The notes beneath the pieces were generated by a model, which saw nothing but the letters and a program-made list of their open reading frames with translations, did not search any database and was not told where the DNA came from. The translations under genes were made by a program, and so were the position numbers. A DNA stretch of 64,000 nucleotides from Acidimicrobiia bacterium (GTDB lineage Bacteria; Actinomycetota; Acidimicrobiia; Spongiisociales; UBA5794). Below are positions 56,300 through 64,000 of the stretch, piece after piece (the stretch's first letter is position 1; the number at the start of each line of letters is the position of its first letter). The stretch covers positions 2,440,382 through 2,504,381 of the forward strand of contig CBDCGU010000003.1 of the NCBI GenBank assembly GCA_965216945.1. The letters are read 5' to 3'.

Positions 56300-57729
56300 G
56301 CGACACACCCCACGTCGTCACCGGAGACCTCGAGGCTCCCACCACGGAGGCCCCGCCCCAGAGCGAGGCCGGTTCGGAGGCCGCCGAGGAACGCCGCCGG
56401 GTGCACGACATGTGGGTCTCCGGCACCGAAGAGCCCGAGTGGGTGCGGCAGGCGACCGACGAGGGTGCCCAGGAGCTGCTGCCGGAGGGGGAAGAGCCGG
56501 GGATCGATGCTCAGCGCGGTGTCTTGGTGACCGACGACTACCTCATCGACGACTCCGTCGACGACGACGAGCGGCAGATCCTCAACATGGGACCCCAGCA
56601 CCCGTCGACCCACGGCGTGTTGCGGCTCCAGCTCGAGCTCGAGGGCGAGACGATCCGGCGGGTCAAGCCGATCATCGGCTACTTGCACACCGGCATGGAG
56701 AAGACCGCGGAGACGCTGACCTGGCTCCAGGGTCCGACCAACGTCACCCGGATGGACTATCTGTCGCCGTTCCACAACGAGCTCGCCTATTCGCTGGCGG
56801 TGGAGAGGTTGCTCGGAGTGGAGGTGCCGCCGCGGGCACAAGCCATCCGGATCCTGATGACGGAGCTCAATCGGGTGTCGAGCCACCTCCTGTTCCTCGC
56901 CACCCAGGGTATGGACATCGGAGCGGTGTCCATGATGATCTACGGCTGGCGGGAGCGCGAGCTGGTGTTGCGGTTCTTCGAAGAGGTCACCGGTCTGCGG
57001 ATGAACCACAACTACATCCGTCCGGGCGGCGTTGCTGCCGACCTCCCCGACGGATGGGAAGACTCGGTCGAGGCGCTGCTCGTAGACGTGCCAAACGGCG
57101 TTGGCGAGTACGAGGAGCTCCTGAACGAGAACCCCATCTTCCTCGATCGTACGCTCGGTGTGGGTGTCATCACCCCCGACGAATGCAAGGCCTTTGGCGT
57201 CACGGGGCCCAACGCCCGAGCCTCCGGTATCGACTGGGATCTGCGCAAGGTCTTCCCGTACGGCGGCATCGATCGATACGACTTCGACGTCCCGGTTGGA
57301 AAGCATGGCGACGTATTCGACCGTTACATGCTGCGGGTCCGCGAGATCGACCAATCGCTCCGGATCGTGAAACAAGTCATGGAGACCATGCCGCCGGGGG
57401 ACTACCGCACCGAGGACCGCAAGGTCACGCCACCGCCGCGCAAACGCATCGACGAGTCGATGGAGGCGCTCATCCACCACTTCAAGATCTTCACCGAGGG
57501 CTTCAAAGTGCCGGCCGGCGAGGTGTATCAGGCCGTGGAGTCGCCGCGCGGCGAGCTCGGCATGTACATCGTCTCGGAAGGCGGCGCCAAGCCGTGGCGG
57601 GTACACGTACGCGGCCCGTCGTTCGCACACGTCCAGGCGCTTCCGGCGATGATGACGGACTCTCTCGTAGCGGACACGATCGCCACGCTTGCCTCGACCG
57701 ACCCGGTGCTGGGGGACGTCGACCGATGA
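56296..57729 (+). CDS. nuoD: NADH-quinone oxidoreductase subunit D (with an acidic N-terminal extension)
   Basis: ILNMGPQHPSTHGVLRL, GYLHTGMEK, and a C-terminal VLGDVDR. ATG 56296 overlaps the nuoC stop (ATGA). Confidence 0.92.
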   Translation: MSDTPHVVTGDLEAPTTEAPPQSEAGSEAAEERRRVHDMWVSGTEEPEWVRQATDEGAQELLPEGEEPGIDAQRGVLVTDDYLIDDSVDDDERQILNMGPQHPSTHGVLRLQLELEGETIRRVKPIIGYLHTGMEKTAETLTWLQGPTNVTRMDYLSPFHNELAYSLAVERLLGVEVPPRAQAIRILMTELNRVSSHLLFLATQGMDIGAVSMMIYGWRERELVLRFFEEVTGLRMNHNYIRPGGVAADLPDGWEDSVEALLVDVPNGVGEYEELLNENPIFLDRTLGVGVITPDECKAFGVTGPNARASGIDWDLRKVFPYGGIDRYDFDVPVGKHGDVFDRYMLRVREIDQSLRIVKQVMETMPPGDYRTEDRKVTPPPRKRIDESMEALIHHFKIFTEGFKVPAGEVYQAVESPRGELGMYIVSEGGAKPWRVHVRGPSFAHVQALPAMMTDSLVADTIATLASTDPVLGDVDR

Positions 57730-58373
57730 CCGACCGCTCCATCGACAAGACCGTGTCCGGTTGGAGCGCTCCGAACCGTGAGCGCGCCGCCAAGCTGCTC
57801 GCCGCGTATCCGGAGCGCCGCAGTGCCGTGATGCCGCTGCTCTACCTCGCATCGCTGGAGCACCGCTACGTCACGACCGAGGCCATGCACGAGGTGGCGG
57901 AACTGACCGGGTTGAGCTCCGCCCAGGTGCAGTCGGTCGCCAGCTTCTACACGATGTACAAGCGGCACGGGGTCGGCGAGTACCTGCTCTCGGTGTGCAC
58001 GTCGATCTCCTGCTACCTGATGGGCGCCGACGAGGTGCTGGCAGCGATCGAGGACGGCACCGGCACTCTCGACGGCGAGACCTCGGAGGACGGCCTGTTC
58101 ACCGTCGAGCACGTCGAATGTATCGGGGCCTGCGGTGGGGCCCCTGCGGTGCAGGTGAACTACGAGCTCATCGAGGGTGTCCACCCCGACAAGGCCCTCA
58201 CGATGTGCCAGTGGCTCAAGACCAAGCGTCCCGATGTGGTCTCGAGCGATGACATGCAGGAGCGGTTCGGCGATCAGCAGTCCTTCGACTGGGGCCCGCC
58301 GGAGACCGAGGGAGCCGTCGCCGCCGTCCCGGCGTTCGGGCCCTATGGAAGTGCCGGCGAGGCGGCATCATGA
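57726..58373 (+). CDS. nuoE: NADH-quinone oxidoreductase subunit E
   Basis: SAVMPLLYLAS, SFYTMY, the 2Fe-2S cysteines VCTSISC...CIGACGGAP. Confidence 0.9.
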   Translation: MTDRSIDKTVSGWSAPNRERAAKLLAAYPERRSAVMPLLYLASLEHRYVTTEAMHEVAELTGLSSAQVQSVASFYTMYKRHGVGEYLLSVCTSISCYLMGADEVLAAIEDGTGTLDGETSEDGLFTVEHVECIGACGGAPAVQVNYELIEGVHPDKALTMCQWLKTKRPDVVSSDDMQERFGDQQSFDWGPPETEGAVAAVPAFGPYGSAGEAAS

Positions 58374-58446
58374 GCGTCGCCTTACCCGGCAGCGTGGCGG
58401 GGACGCCGGCCGTCGCACGCCGGGTTCCCGTGGCGGGGGCCGGAGA

Positions 58447-59757
58447 ATGACCACGCCGCTCATTCTCACCCAGCGCATGGTCGATCACCGCCAGGATTCG
58501 CACACCCTCCGGCGGTACGAATCCTCCGGGGGCTACGCCGCATTGCGCCGGGCGTTCGGCATGGCAGCCGGGGACGTGGCTGCCGCAGTCAAGGCATCCA
58601 ACATCCGCGGCCGGGGCGGGGCCGGATTCCCCACTGGGGTCAAGTGGGGCTTTCTCGCCCCCACTTCGCCGCGCTATCTCGTCATCAACGGCGACGAGTC
58701 GGAGCCGGGCACGTTCAAGGACCGGCAGTTGCTGGAGCGCGACCCCCACCAGCTGATCGAAGGGGTCATCATCTCGTCGTATGCCCTCGGTGTGAACCAT
58801 GCGTTCATCTACATCCGGGGCGAGTACCCGCGGCCGGCACGAAGGGTGCAGCGAGCGGTCGAGGAGGCATACGAGAAGGGCTATCTCGGGCCGAACATCC
58901 TGGACAGCGGCTTCGACCTCGACATCACGGTGCATCTCGGTGCCGGCGCCTACATCTGTGGCGAGGAGACGGCCCTGCTCAACTCGCTGGAGGGGCGGCG
59001 GGGAGAACCGCGCATCAAGCCTCCGTTCCCGGCCGTCGAGGGGCTCTATGCCAAGCCGACGATCGTCAACAACGTCGAGACGATCTCGAACGTCCCGTGG
59101 ATGATCACGAACGGCGGCGAGGCCTATGCCCACATCGGCCCCGAGAAGTCGGCGGGCACCCGGTTGTTCTCGCTGTCCGGGCACCTCCAGAAGCCGGGCA
59201 ATTACGAGATCGTCATGGGCATGTCGTGGCGTGAGCTGATCTACGACATTGGCGGCGGCATTCGCGACGACCGCAAGCTCAAGTGCTGGATTCCAGGTGG
59301 CGCCTCCGCTCCCTGGTTCGTTCCGGACGCCCATCTCGACATCCCGGTGACCATCGACGACACCGGCCAGCACGGCTCGATGCTCGGTTCGGGAGCCGTC
59401 GTCGTGATGGACGACTCCACCAACGTGGTAGCGGCAGCTCACCGTGTCGTTCGCTTCTTCGCCCATGAATCGTGCGGCCAGTGCACGCCATGCCGGGAGG
59501 GCACGACGTGGCTGGAGCGCATGTTGTGGCGGATCATGAACGGTGACGGCCGGCCGATGGACCTCGACATGCTGCTCGACGTTTGCGACAACATCAGCCC
59601 GGGTTTGCGATGGCCCCCTGCACAGACGACGATCTGCCCACTCGGCCCGTCGGCCGTGTCACCGATCCGCTCGATCTTGACGCATTTCCGCGACGAGGTC
59701 GAGGCGATGATCCCCGATGCGGCCGACTCGAGGACGGAAGGGGTGGCGGTTGGCTGA
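58447..59757 (+). CDS. nuoF: NADH-quinone oxidoreductase subunit F
   Basis: GRGGAGFPTG.KW, VINGDESEPGTFKDR, ESCGQCTPCREG. Confidence 0.93.
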   Translation: MTTPLILTQRMVDHRQDSHTLRRYESSGGYAALRRAFGMAAGDVAAAVKASNIRGRGGAGFPTGVKWGFLAPTSPRYLVINGDESEPGTFKDRQLLERDPHQLIEGVIISSYALGVNHAFIYIRGEYPRPARRVQRAVEEAYEKGYLGPNILDSGFDLDITVHLGAGAYICGEETALLNSLEGRRGEPRIKPPFPAVEGLYAKPTIVNNVETISNVPWMITNGGEAYAHIGPEKSAGTRLFSLSGHLQKPGNYEIVMGMSWRELIYDIGGGIRDDRKLKCWIPGGASAPWFVPDAHLDIPVTIDDTGQHGSMLGSGAVVVMDDSTNVVAAAHRVVRFFAHESCGQCTPCREGTTWLERMLWRIMNGDGRPMDLDMLLDVCDNISPGLRWPPAQTTICPLGPSAVSPIRSILTHFRDEVEAMIPDAADSRTEGVAVG

Positions 59758-59767
59758 GCAGCCGGAC

Positions 59768-62191
59768 ATGGTCACCATCCAGATCGACGGCGAGGAACGC
59801 CAGGTGCCGGCGCGGCAACTGCTGATCAAGGCAGCCGAGGACACGGGCACCTACATCCCGCGCTTCTGCTGGCACCCTCGTATGAAGCCGGTGGGCATGT
59901 GCCGCATGTGTCTCGTCGAGGTGGAGACACCACGCGGCACGATGCTCACAACGTCGTGCACGATGCCGGTCAACGACGGCATGGTCGTCGATACGCAGTC
60001 CGCCGTCGTCACCAAGGCACAGGAGGGCATCCTCGAGTTCCTCCTGATCAACCACCCTCTCGATTGCCCGGTCTGCGACCGCGGCGGCGAGTGCCCGCTG
60101 CAGGACCAGACCATGGCGTACGGCCCGGGAGAAAGCCGGTTCGTCGAGGAGAAGCGGCACTACGAGAAGCCCATCGAGATCAGCGACGTGGTGCTGCTGG
60201 ATCGGGAGCGGTGCATCCTGTGCGCCCGCTGCACCCGGTTCTCCGATGAGGTGTCCGGCGATCCACTCATCGAATTCACCGAACGCGGCGGTAACACGCA
60301 GGTTCTGACCTTCCCCGACGAGCCCTTCGCCTCATACTTCTCCGGCAACACCGTGCAGATCTGCCCGGTGGGGGCGCTCACGGCCAAGCCGTTCCGGTTC
60401 CGGGCGCGCCCTTGGGACCTCGAGGCCGTCGAGAGCGTGTCGCTGGTGGACTCCGTGCACTCCAAGGTCTCCGTACAGTCGAGCCAGAACGAGGTCGTGC
60501 GCATCAATGGTGTCGACAACGACCCGACGAACCACGGCTGGCTGTCCGACAAGGATCGGTTCATCTATCAACACCTCCACTCGCCGGACCGGCTGACGGT
60601 GCCGATGCTCAAGACGGGCGACGGCATGGTGGAGACGACATGGGGCCACGCCCTCGATGTCGTGGCAGAACGTCTCGGCAGCTTCCACGGCACGGCCGTT
60701 GCCGGCTTGGGCGGGGCGCAAGGCACCAACGAGGAGGCCTACGCCTTCGGCAAGTTCCTCCGCACCTGCATCGTGACTCCCCATCTCGACTCGCAGATGG
60801 GCGACGGGCTCGACCCGCATCTCCTCGTCGCCACGGAGCGCCGGGCCGCGATCGACGACATCGACCGCGCCTCCACCATCCTCCTGTGGGCCGGGGACCT
60901 CAAGGAAGAGCTGCCCGTTCTCTACCTGCGGGTGCGCCGCGCCGCACGCGAGCTCGGCGCCAAGCTGATCGTCATACACCCGCGTCGAACCGGGCTCGAC
61001 GACGTCGCCGCTCACAAGATCACCTATCGCCCGGGTGAAGGACCGGAGGTGCTGCGAAAGCTCGCCGCCGGCGCCGAGGGCTACACCGAGGTGCGGGAAG
61101 CGCTCTCCGCCGGCCCCGTCGTGGCGATCGTGGGTCGCACCGGTCTCACCGAGGACGGCAGGCTGGCGGAGTCGGTCGCCGCATTCGCCTCCGGCCTGCC
61201 GGAGGCGGGCGTGCTGCCTGTGGTACGGCGCGCCAACACTTACGGAGCCCTCGACATGGGGCTGGCGCCAACGCTGCTCCCCGGCCGGGTGGCCGTCGAC
61301 GACCAGGCGGGTCGCAGCTCGCTGGAGAAGGTGTGGGGGCCGCTCCCGGAACCGGCCGGTCGTGACGCAACCGCCATCCTCGAAGGACTGGTCGGTGGCG
61401 AGCTCGAAGCCCTCGTCTTGTACGGCGCCGATCCGGTGCGCGACCACCCCGACACGAGCCTGGCTCGAGAGGCCCTCGACACGGCCCAATTCGTCGTTGC
61501 GCTGGATCTGTTCCTCACCGACTCCTCGTCCCGGGCGGACGTGGTGCTTCCGGTGGAGGGTTTTGCCGAGACGGAGGGCACGGCCACGAATCTCGAGGGG
61601 CGTGTACAGAAGGTCAATCAGCTGCTGCCCGGGCCCGGCCAGACGCGTGAAGCGTGGTCCGTGCTCGACGAGCTGGCCCGCCGCATGGGTGGACAGCTCG
61701 GGGCGCAGACGGCCGAAGCCCTGAGCAAGGAGATCGCCACGGTGGCGCCTGCCTACAGGGGCGTGTCGTGGGACCGGCTCGACTGGGGTGATGGACGCAG
61801 CGGCCTCCTGCTGCCGCTCGACGATGGAACCCAACCGTTGCAACACAGCCCGCAGGACGCCGGCCTCATCGCAGGGGGCGGCCGGCTTGCGCTCCACTAT
61901 GCGCGGGTGTTGTACGACGACGGCGTGCGCAACCGCATGTCGCCTTCGCTCGCCGCACTGCAGCCGGGGCCGTTCGTGGGGCTCCACCCTCGCGACGCCG
62001 CTGCGCTGGCCGTCGGCGCCGCCGATGTGGTGCGCGTCGTCGGAGACCACGGCTCCATCGAAGTGCCCGTGGTGATCGACCCGACCCTTGCCGAGGGTGC
62101 TGCCTACGTGCCGGCGAACCTCGCAGGAACCGCTGCGATCGGCGCCTCTCCGTCCGTCACGATCGAACCGTTGCGGGACGGGGGTGGCTGA
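59768..62191 (+). CDS. nuoG: NADH-quinone oxidoreductase subunit G
   Basis: MVTIQIDGEERQVPA, CWHPRMKPVGMCRMCLVEV, HPLDCPVCDRGGECPLQD, CILCARCTRF, and a molybdopterin-like C-terminal region. Confidence 0.92.
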   Translation: MVTIQIDGEERQVPARQLLIKAAEDTGTYIPRFCWHPRMKPVGMCRMCLVEVETPRGTMLTTSCTMPVNDGMVVDTQSAVVTKAQEGILEFLLINHPLDCPVCDRGGECPLQDQTMAYGPGESRFVEEKRHYEKPIEISDVVLLDRERCILCARCTRFSDEVSGDPLIEFTERGGNTQVLTFPDEPFASYFSGNTVQICPVGALTAKPFRFRARPWDLEAVESVSLVDSVHSKVSVQSSQNEVVRINGVDNDPTNHGWLSDKDRFIYQHLHSPDRLTVPMLKTGDGMVETTWGHALDVVAERLGSFHGTAVAGLGGAQGTNEEAYAFGKFLRTCIVTPHLDSQMGDGLDPHLLVATERRAAIDDIDRASTILLWAGDLKEELPVLYLRVRRAARELGAKLIVIHPRRTGLDDVAAHKITYRPGEGPEVLRKLAAGAEGYTEVREALSAGPVVAIVGRTGLTEDGRLAESVAAFASGLPEAGVLPVVRRANTYGALDMGLAPTLLPGRVAVDDQAGRSSLEKVWGPLPEPAGRDATAILEGLVGGELEALVLYGADPVRDHPDTSLAREALDTAQFVVALDLFLTDSSSRADVVLPVEGFAETEGTATNLEGRVQKVNQLLPGPGQTREAWSVLDELARRMGGQLGAQTAEALSKEIATVAPAYRGVSWDRLDWGDGRSGLLLPLDDGTQPLQHSPQDAGLIAGGGRLALHYARVLYDDGVRNRMSPSLAALQPGPFVGLHPRDAAALAVGAADVVRVVGDHGSIEVPVVIDPTLAEGAAYVPANLAGTAAIGASPSVTIEPLRDGGG

Positions 62192-63246
62192 TGTTGAGCG
62201 GTTGGGAGATTCTCGTCGAAGCGGCCATCAAGGTGCTCGCCGTCTTTGCGCTGCTGCTCACCGCAACGATCTTCCTCGTGTGGATCGAGCGCAAGGTCGT
62301 CGCCGACATGCAGAACCGTATCGGCCCGGACCGGGCAGGGCCCTTCGGGATCCTGCAGACCGTCGCCGACGGCGCCAAGCTCGTGTTCAAGGAGAATCTC
62401 ACGCCTCGCCGTGTCGAGTTCGGGCTGTACATCGCCGCTCCGATCGCGGCGCTCGTACCGGCGTTGCTGATCTTCATGGTGATCCCCGTCGGGCGGCCCT
62501 TCATGATCGGCGATCGCGAGATCCAGGTGGTGGGTGCCGACCTGAACATCGGGTTGCTGTACATCCTGGCGCTCAGCTCTCTGGCCGTGTACGCCGTCGT
62601 GCTGGCGGGCTGGTCCTCCGGTTCGAAATACCCCTTGCTCGGCTCGGTGCGGGCCTCGGCGCAGATGATCTCCTACGAGGCGGCGATGGGCCTGGCGCTG
62701 GTGCCGGTGATCATCTTCACCGGGACCACGTCGCTCACCGGCATCGTCGATGCACAGGCCGGGAGTGTGCTCGGGTTCCTCGGAGTGTGGAACGTCGTGC
62801 TGATCCCGTCGTTCGTGATCTTCTTCATCGCCGGGGTCGCCGAGACCAACCGGCCACCGTTCGATCTGGTCGAAGCCGAGTCCGAGATCGTGGGCGGCTA
62901 TCACACCGAGTACAGCGGATTCCGCTTCGCCCTCTTCTTCCTCGCCGAGTACATCAACATGTTCAACATCTCGGCCATCACGGTGACCGTGTTCTTCGGG
63001 GGATGGCACGGCCCCACGTTCGGCACCCCCGACTGGATCTCATGGATATTCCCGATCTTCTGGTTCATGGCGAAGACGCTGTTCTTCGTGTTCGTGTTCG
63101 TCTGGGTGCGGGCTTCGCTGCCACGCATGCGCTACGACCAGCTGATGTCGTTCGGCTGGAAGCGGCTGATCCCCATCAGCCTCGCCTGGATCGTGCTGGC
63201 AACCCTCGCCATCGGCGTCCGCCGATTTGGCGTCCCGTGGGCGTGA
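62191..63246 (+). CDS. nuoH: NADH-quinone oxidoreductase subunit H
   Basis: ERKVVADMQNRIGPDRAGPFGILQ, ETNRPPFDLVEAESEIVGGYHTEYSG, and WVRASLPRMRYDQLM. Confidence 0.93.
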   Translation: MLSGWEILVEAAIKVLAVFALLLTATIFLVWIERKVVADMQNRIGPDRAGPFGILQTVADGAKLVFKENLTPRRVEFGLYIAAPIAALVPALLIFMVIPVGRPFMIGDREIQVVGADLNIGLLYILALSSLAVYAVVLAGWSSGSKYPLLGSVRASAQMISYEAAMGLALVPVIIFTGTTSLTGIVDAQAGSVLGFLGVWNVVLIPSFVIFFIAGVAETNRPPFDLVEAESEIVGGYHTEYSGFRFALFFLAEYINMFNISAITVTVFFGGWHGPTFGTPDWISWIFPIFWFMAKTLFFVFVFVWVRASLPRMRYDQLMSFGWKRLIPISLAWIVLATLAIGVRRFGVPWA

Positions 63247-63251
63247 TCTGA

Positions 63252-63917
63252 ATGGGTTGGTTTGCCGATCTGCTTGGACCGTTCCGGGGATTTGCCGTCA
63301 CCTTGCGCCAGATGTCGAAGCCGCGCCTGACGGATGAGTACCCGAAGGAGAAGCGGCAGAAGCCGCAACGCTTCCATGGCCGCCACGTTCTCAATCGCTA
63401 CCCCGACGGCATGGAGAAGTGCATCGGGTGCGAGCTGTGCGCAGGAGTGTGCCCGGCGCGGTGCATCTACGTACGCGGCGCCGACAACCCACAGGACGCT
63501 CCGGTCAGCCCGGGGGAGCGGTTCGGCTTCGTCTACGAGATCAACATGCTCCGCTGCATCTTCTGCGGGCTGTGCGTCGAGGCGTGTCCCACCGAGGCGA
63601 TCACGATGACCCATCTGTTCGAGATGTCGGTTGAGGACCGCGACGACGCCATCTACACCAAGGACGAGCTCCTCGTTGAGCCGGACGGCACACCCAATCA
63701 CTCGCAGCCGGACGGGCCGCTCATCGATCTCGCCGAGCTGCGTATCGCCGACGGCTGGATGCGGGCCACCGCACCGTCGGGGCGTGCCGCCTACGAAGGC
63801 ATCCCGGCATGGACTCCGTCCGCCGGCGTCGGCCTTCGCCCCCCCGAGAAGGGACAGCGCGACACGTCGGAAGCCAGGCCGCAGAGGTCGGACCGCACGG
63901 ATGGAGACAGGACGTGA
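63252..63917 (+). CDS. nuoI: NADH-quinone oxidoreductase subunit I (with a C-terminal extension)
   Basis: [12 protein letters not shown] and [12 protein letters not shown]. The ~60 aa beyond the usual end are Pro/Arg-rich. Confidence 0.92.
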   Translation: MGWFADLLGPFRGFAVTLRQMSKPRLTDEYPKEKRQKPQRFHGRHVLNRYPDGMEKCIGCELCAGVCPARCIYVRGADNPQDAPVSPGERFGFVYEINMLRCIFCGLCVEACPTEAITMTHLFEMSVEDRDDAIYTKDELLVEPDGTPNHSQPDGPLIDLAELRIADGWMRATAPSGRAAYEGIPAWTPSAGVGLRPPEKGQRDTSEARPQRSDRTDGDRT

Positions 63918-63972
63918 GCGTCACTCCGTACCCCGCCTGTGGCGTCAGGGCGCTCCCCGGGAAGGCTCACTC

Positions 63973-64000
63973 GTGAACGTCGAGTTCTTCGTGTTTGCGC
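63973..64000 (+). CDS. nuoJ: Probable start of NADH-quinone oxidoreductase subunit J (partial)
   Basis: GTG 63973 gives VNVEFFVFA..., which is hydrophobic and in the expected operon position. Only 9 codons are visible. Confidence 0.4.

Overview
GC-rich (third codon positions almost all G/C), gene-dense chromosomal segment that looks actinobacterial, possibly Acidimicrobiia-like. That assignment is an inference from gene content: a TreS-maltokinase fusion, a DinB/mycothiol-type protein, an RsiG-like protein, Rex, and a geranylgeranyl reductase upstream of nuo. No rRNA, tRNA, CRISPR array, transposase or integrase was recognised. Many long ORFs in the track are alternate-frame or antisense artefacts of the high GC content. 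The track also accepts GTG and TTG starts.

Gene content, left to right:
- asparaginase-family gene, RsiG-like protein, M23 peptidase
- a MoaD-like ubiquitin fold fused to a polytopic membrane domain
- hppD and fabH
- a leucine-catabolic set (HMG-CoA lyase, acyl-CoA dehydrogenase, two-subunit biotin carboxylase), interrupted by an acetate-channel gene, treS-mak and a lipoprotein gene
- otsBA, a SAM hydroxide adenosyltransferase and rex
- a 7-gene Rieske/cytochrome b6-type operon on the minus strand
- a SigB/F-type partner-switching module next to stress genes (ABC-2 exporter, GlsB/YmgE, RsbW-like kinase, Dps)
- a cbb3-like CcoN-CcoO fusion plus a cytochrome c, then ctaA and ctaB
- a DAHP synthase-chorismate mutase fusion behind an aromatic leader-peptide attenuator
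- tag, a lone TIR-domain protein and nuoA-J

Most noteworthy observations:
1. The CcoN-like subunit has lost all six canonical haem/CuB histidine ligands but is an intact ORF coupled to c-type cytochromes.
2. The cytochrome b operon is a split b6 plus subunit IV type. It keeps the haem ci cysteine and adds a soluble 2x[4Fe-4S] ferredoxin and two unknown membrane proteins.
3. One short helical module occurs three times on the subunit IV N-terminus and once on the unlinked cytochrome c.

All family calls come from reading the translations and from memory of family motifs. No searches were run.
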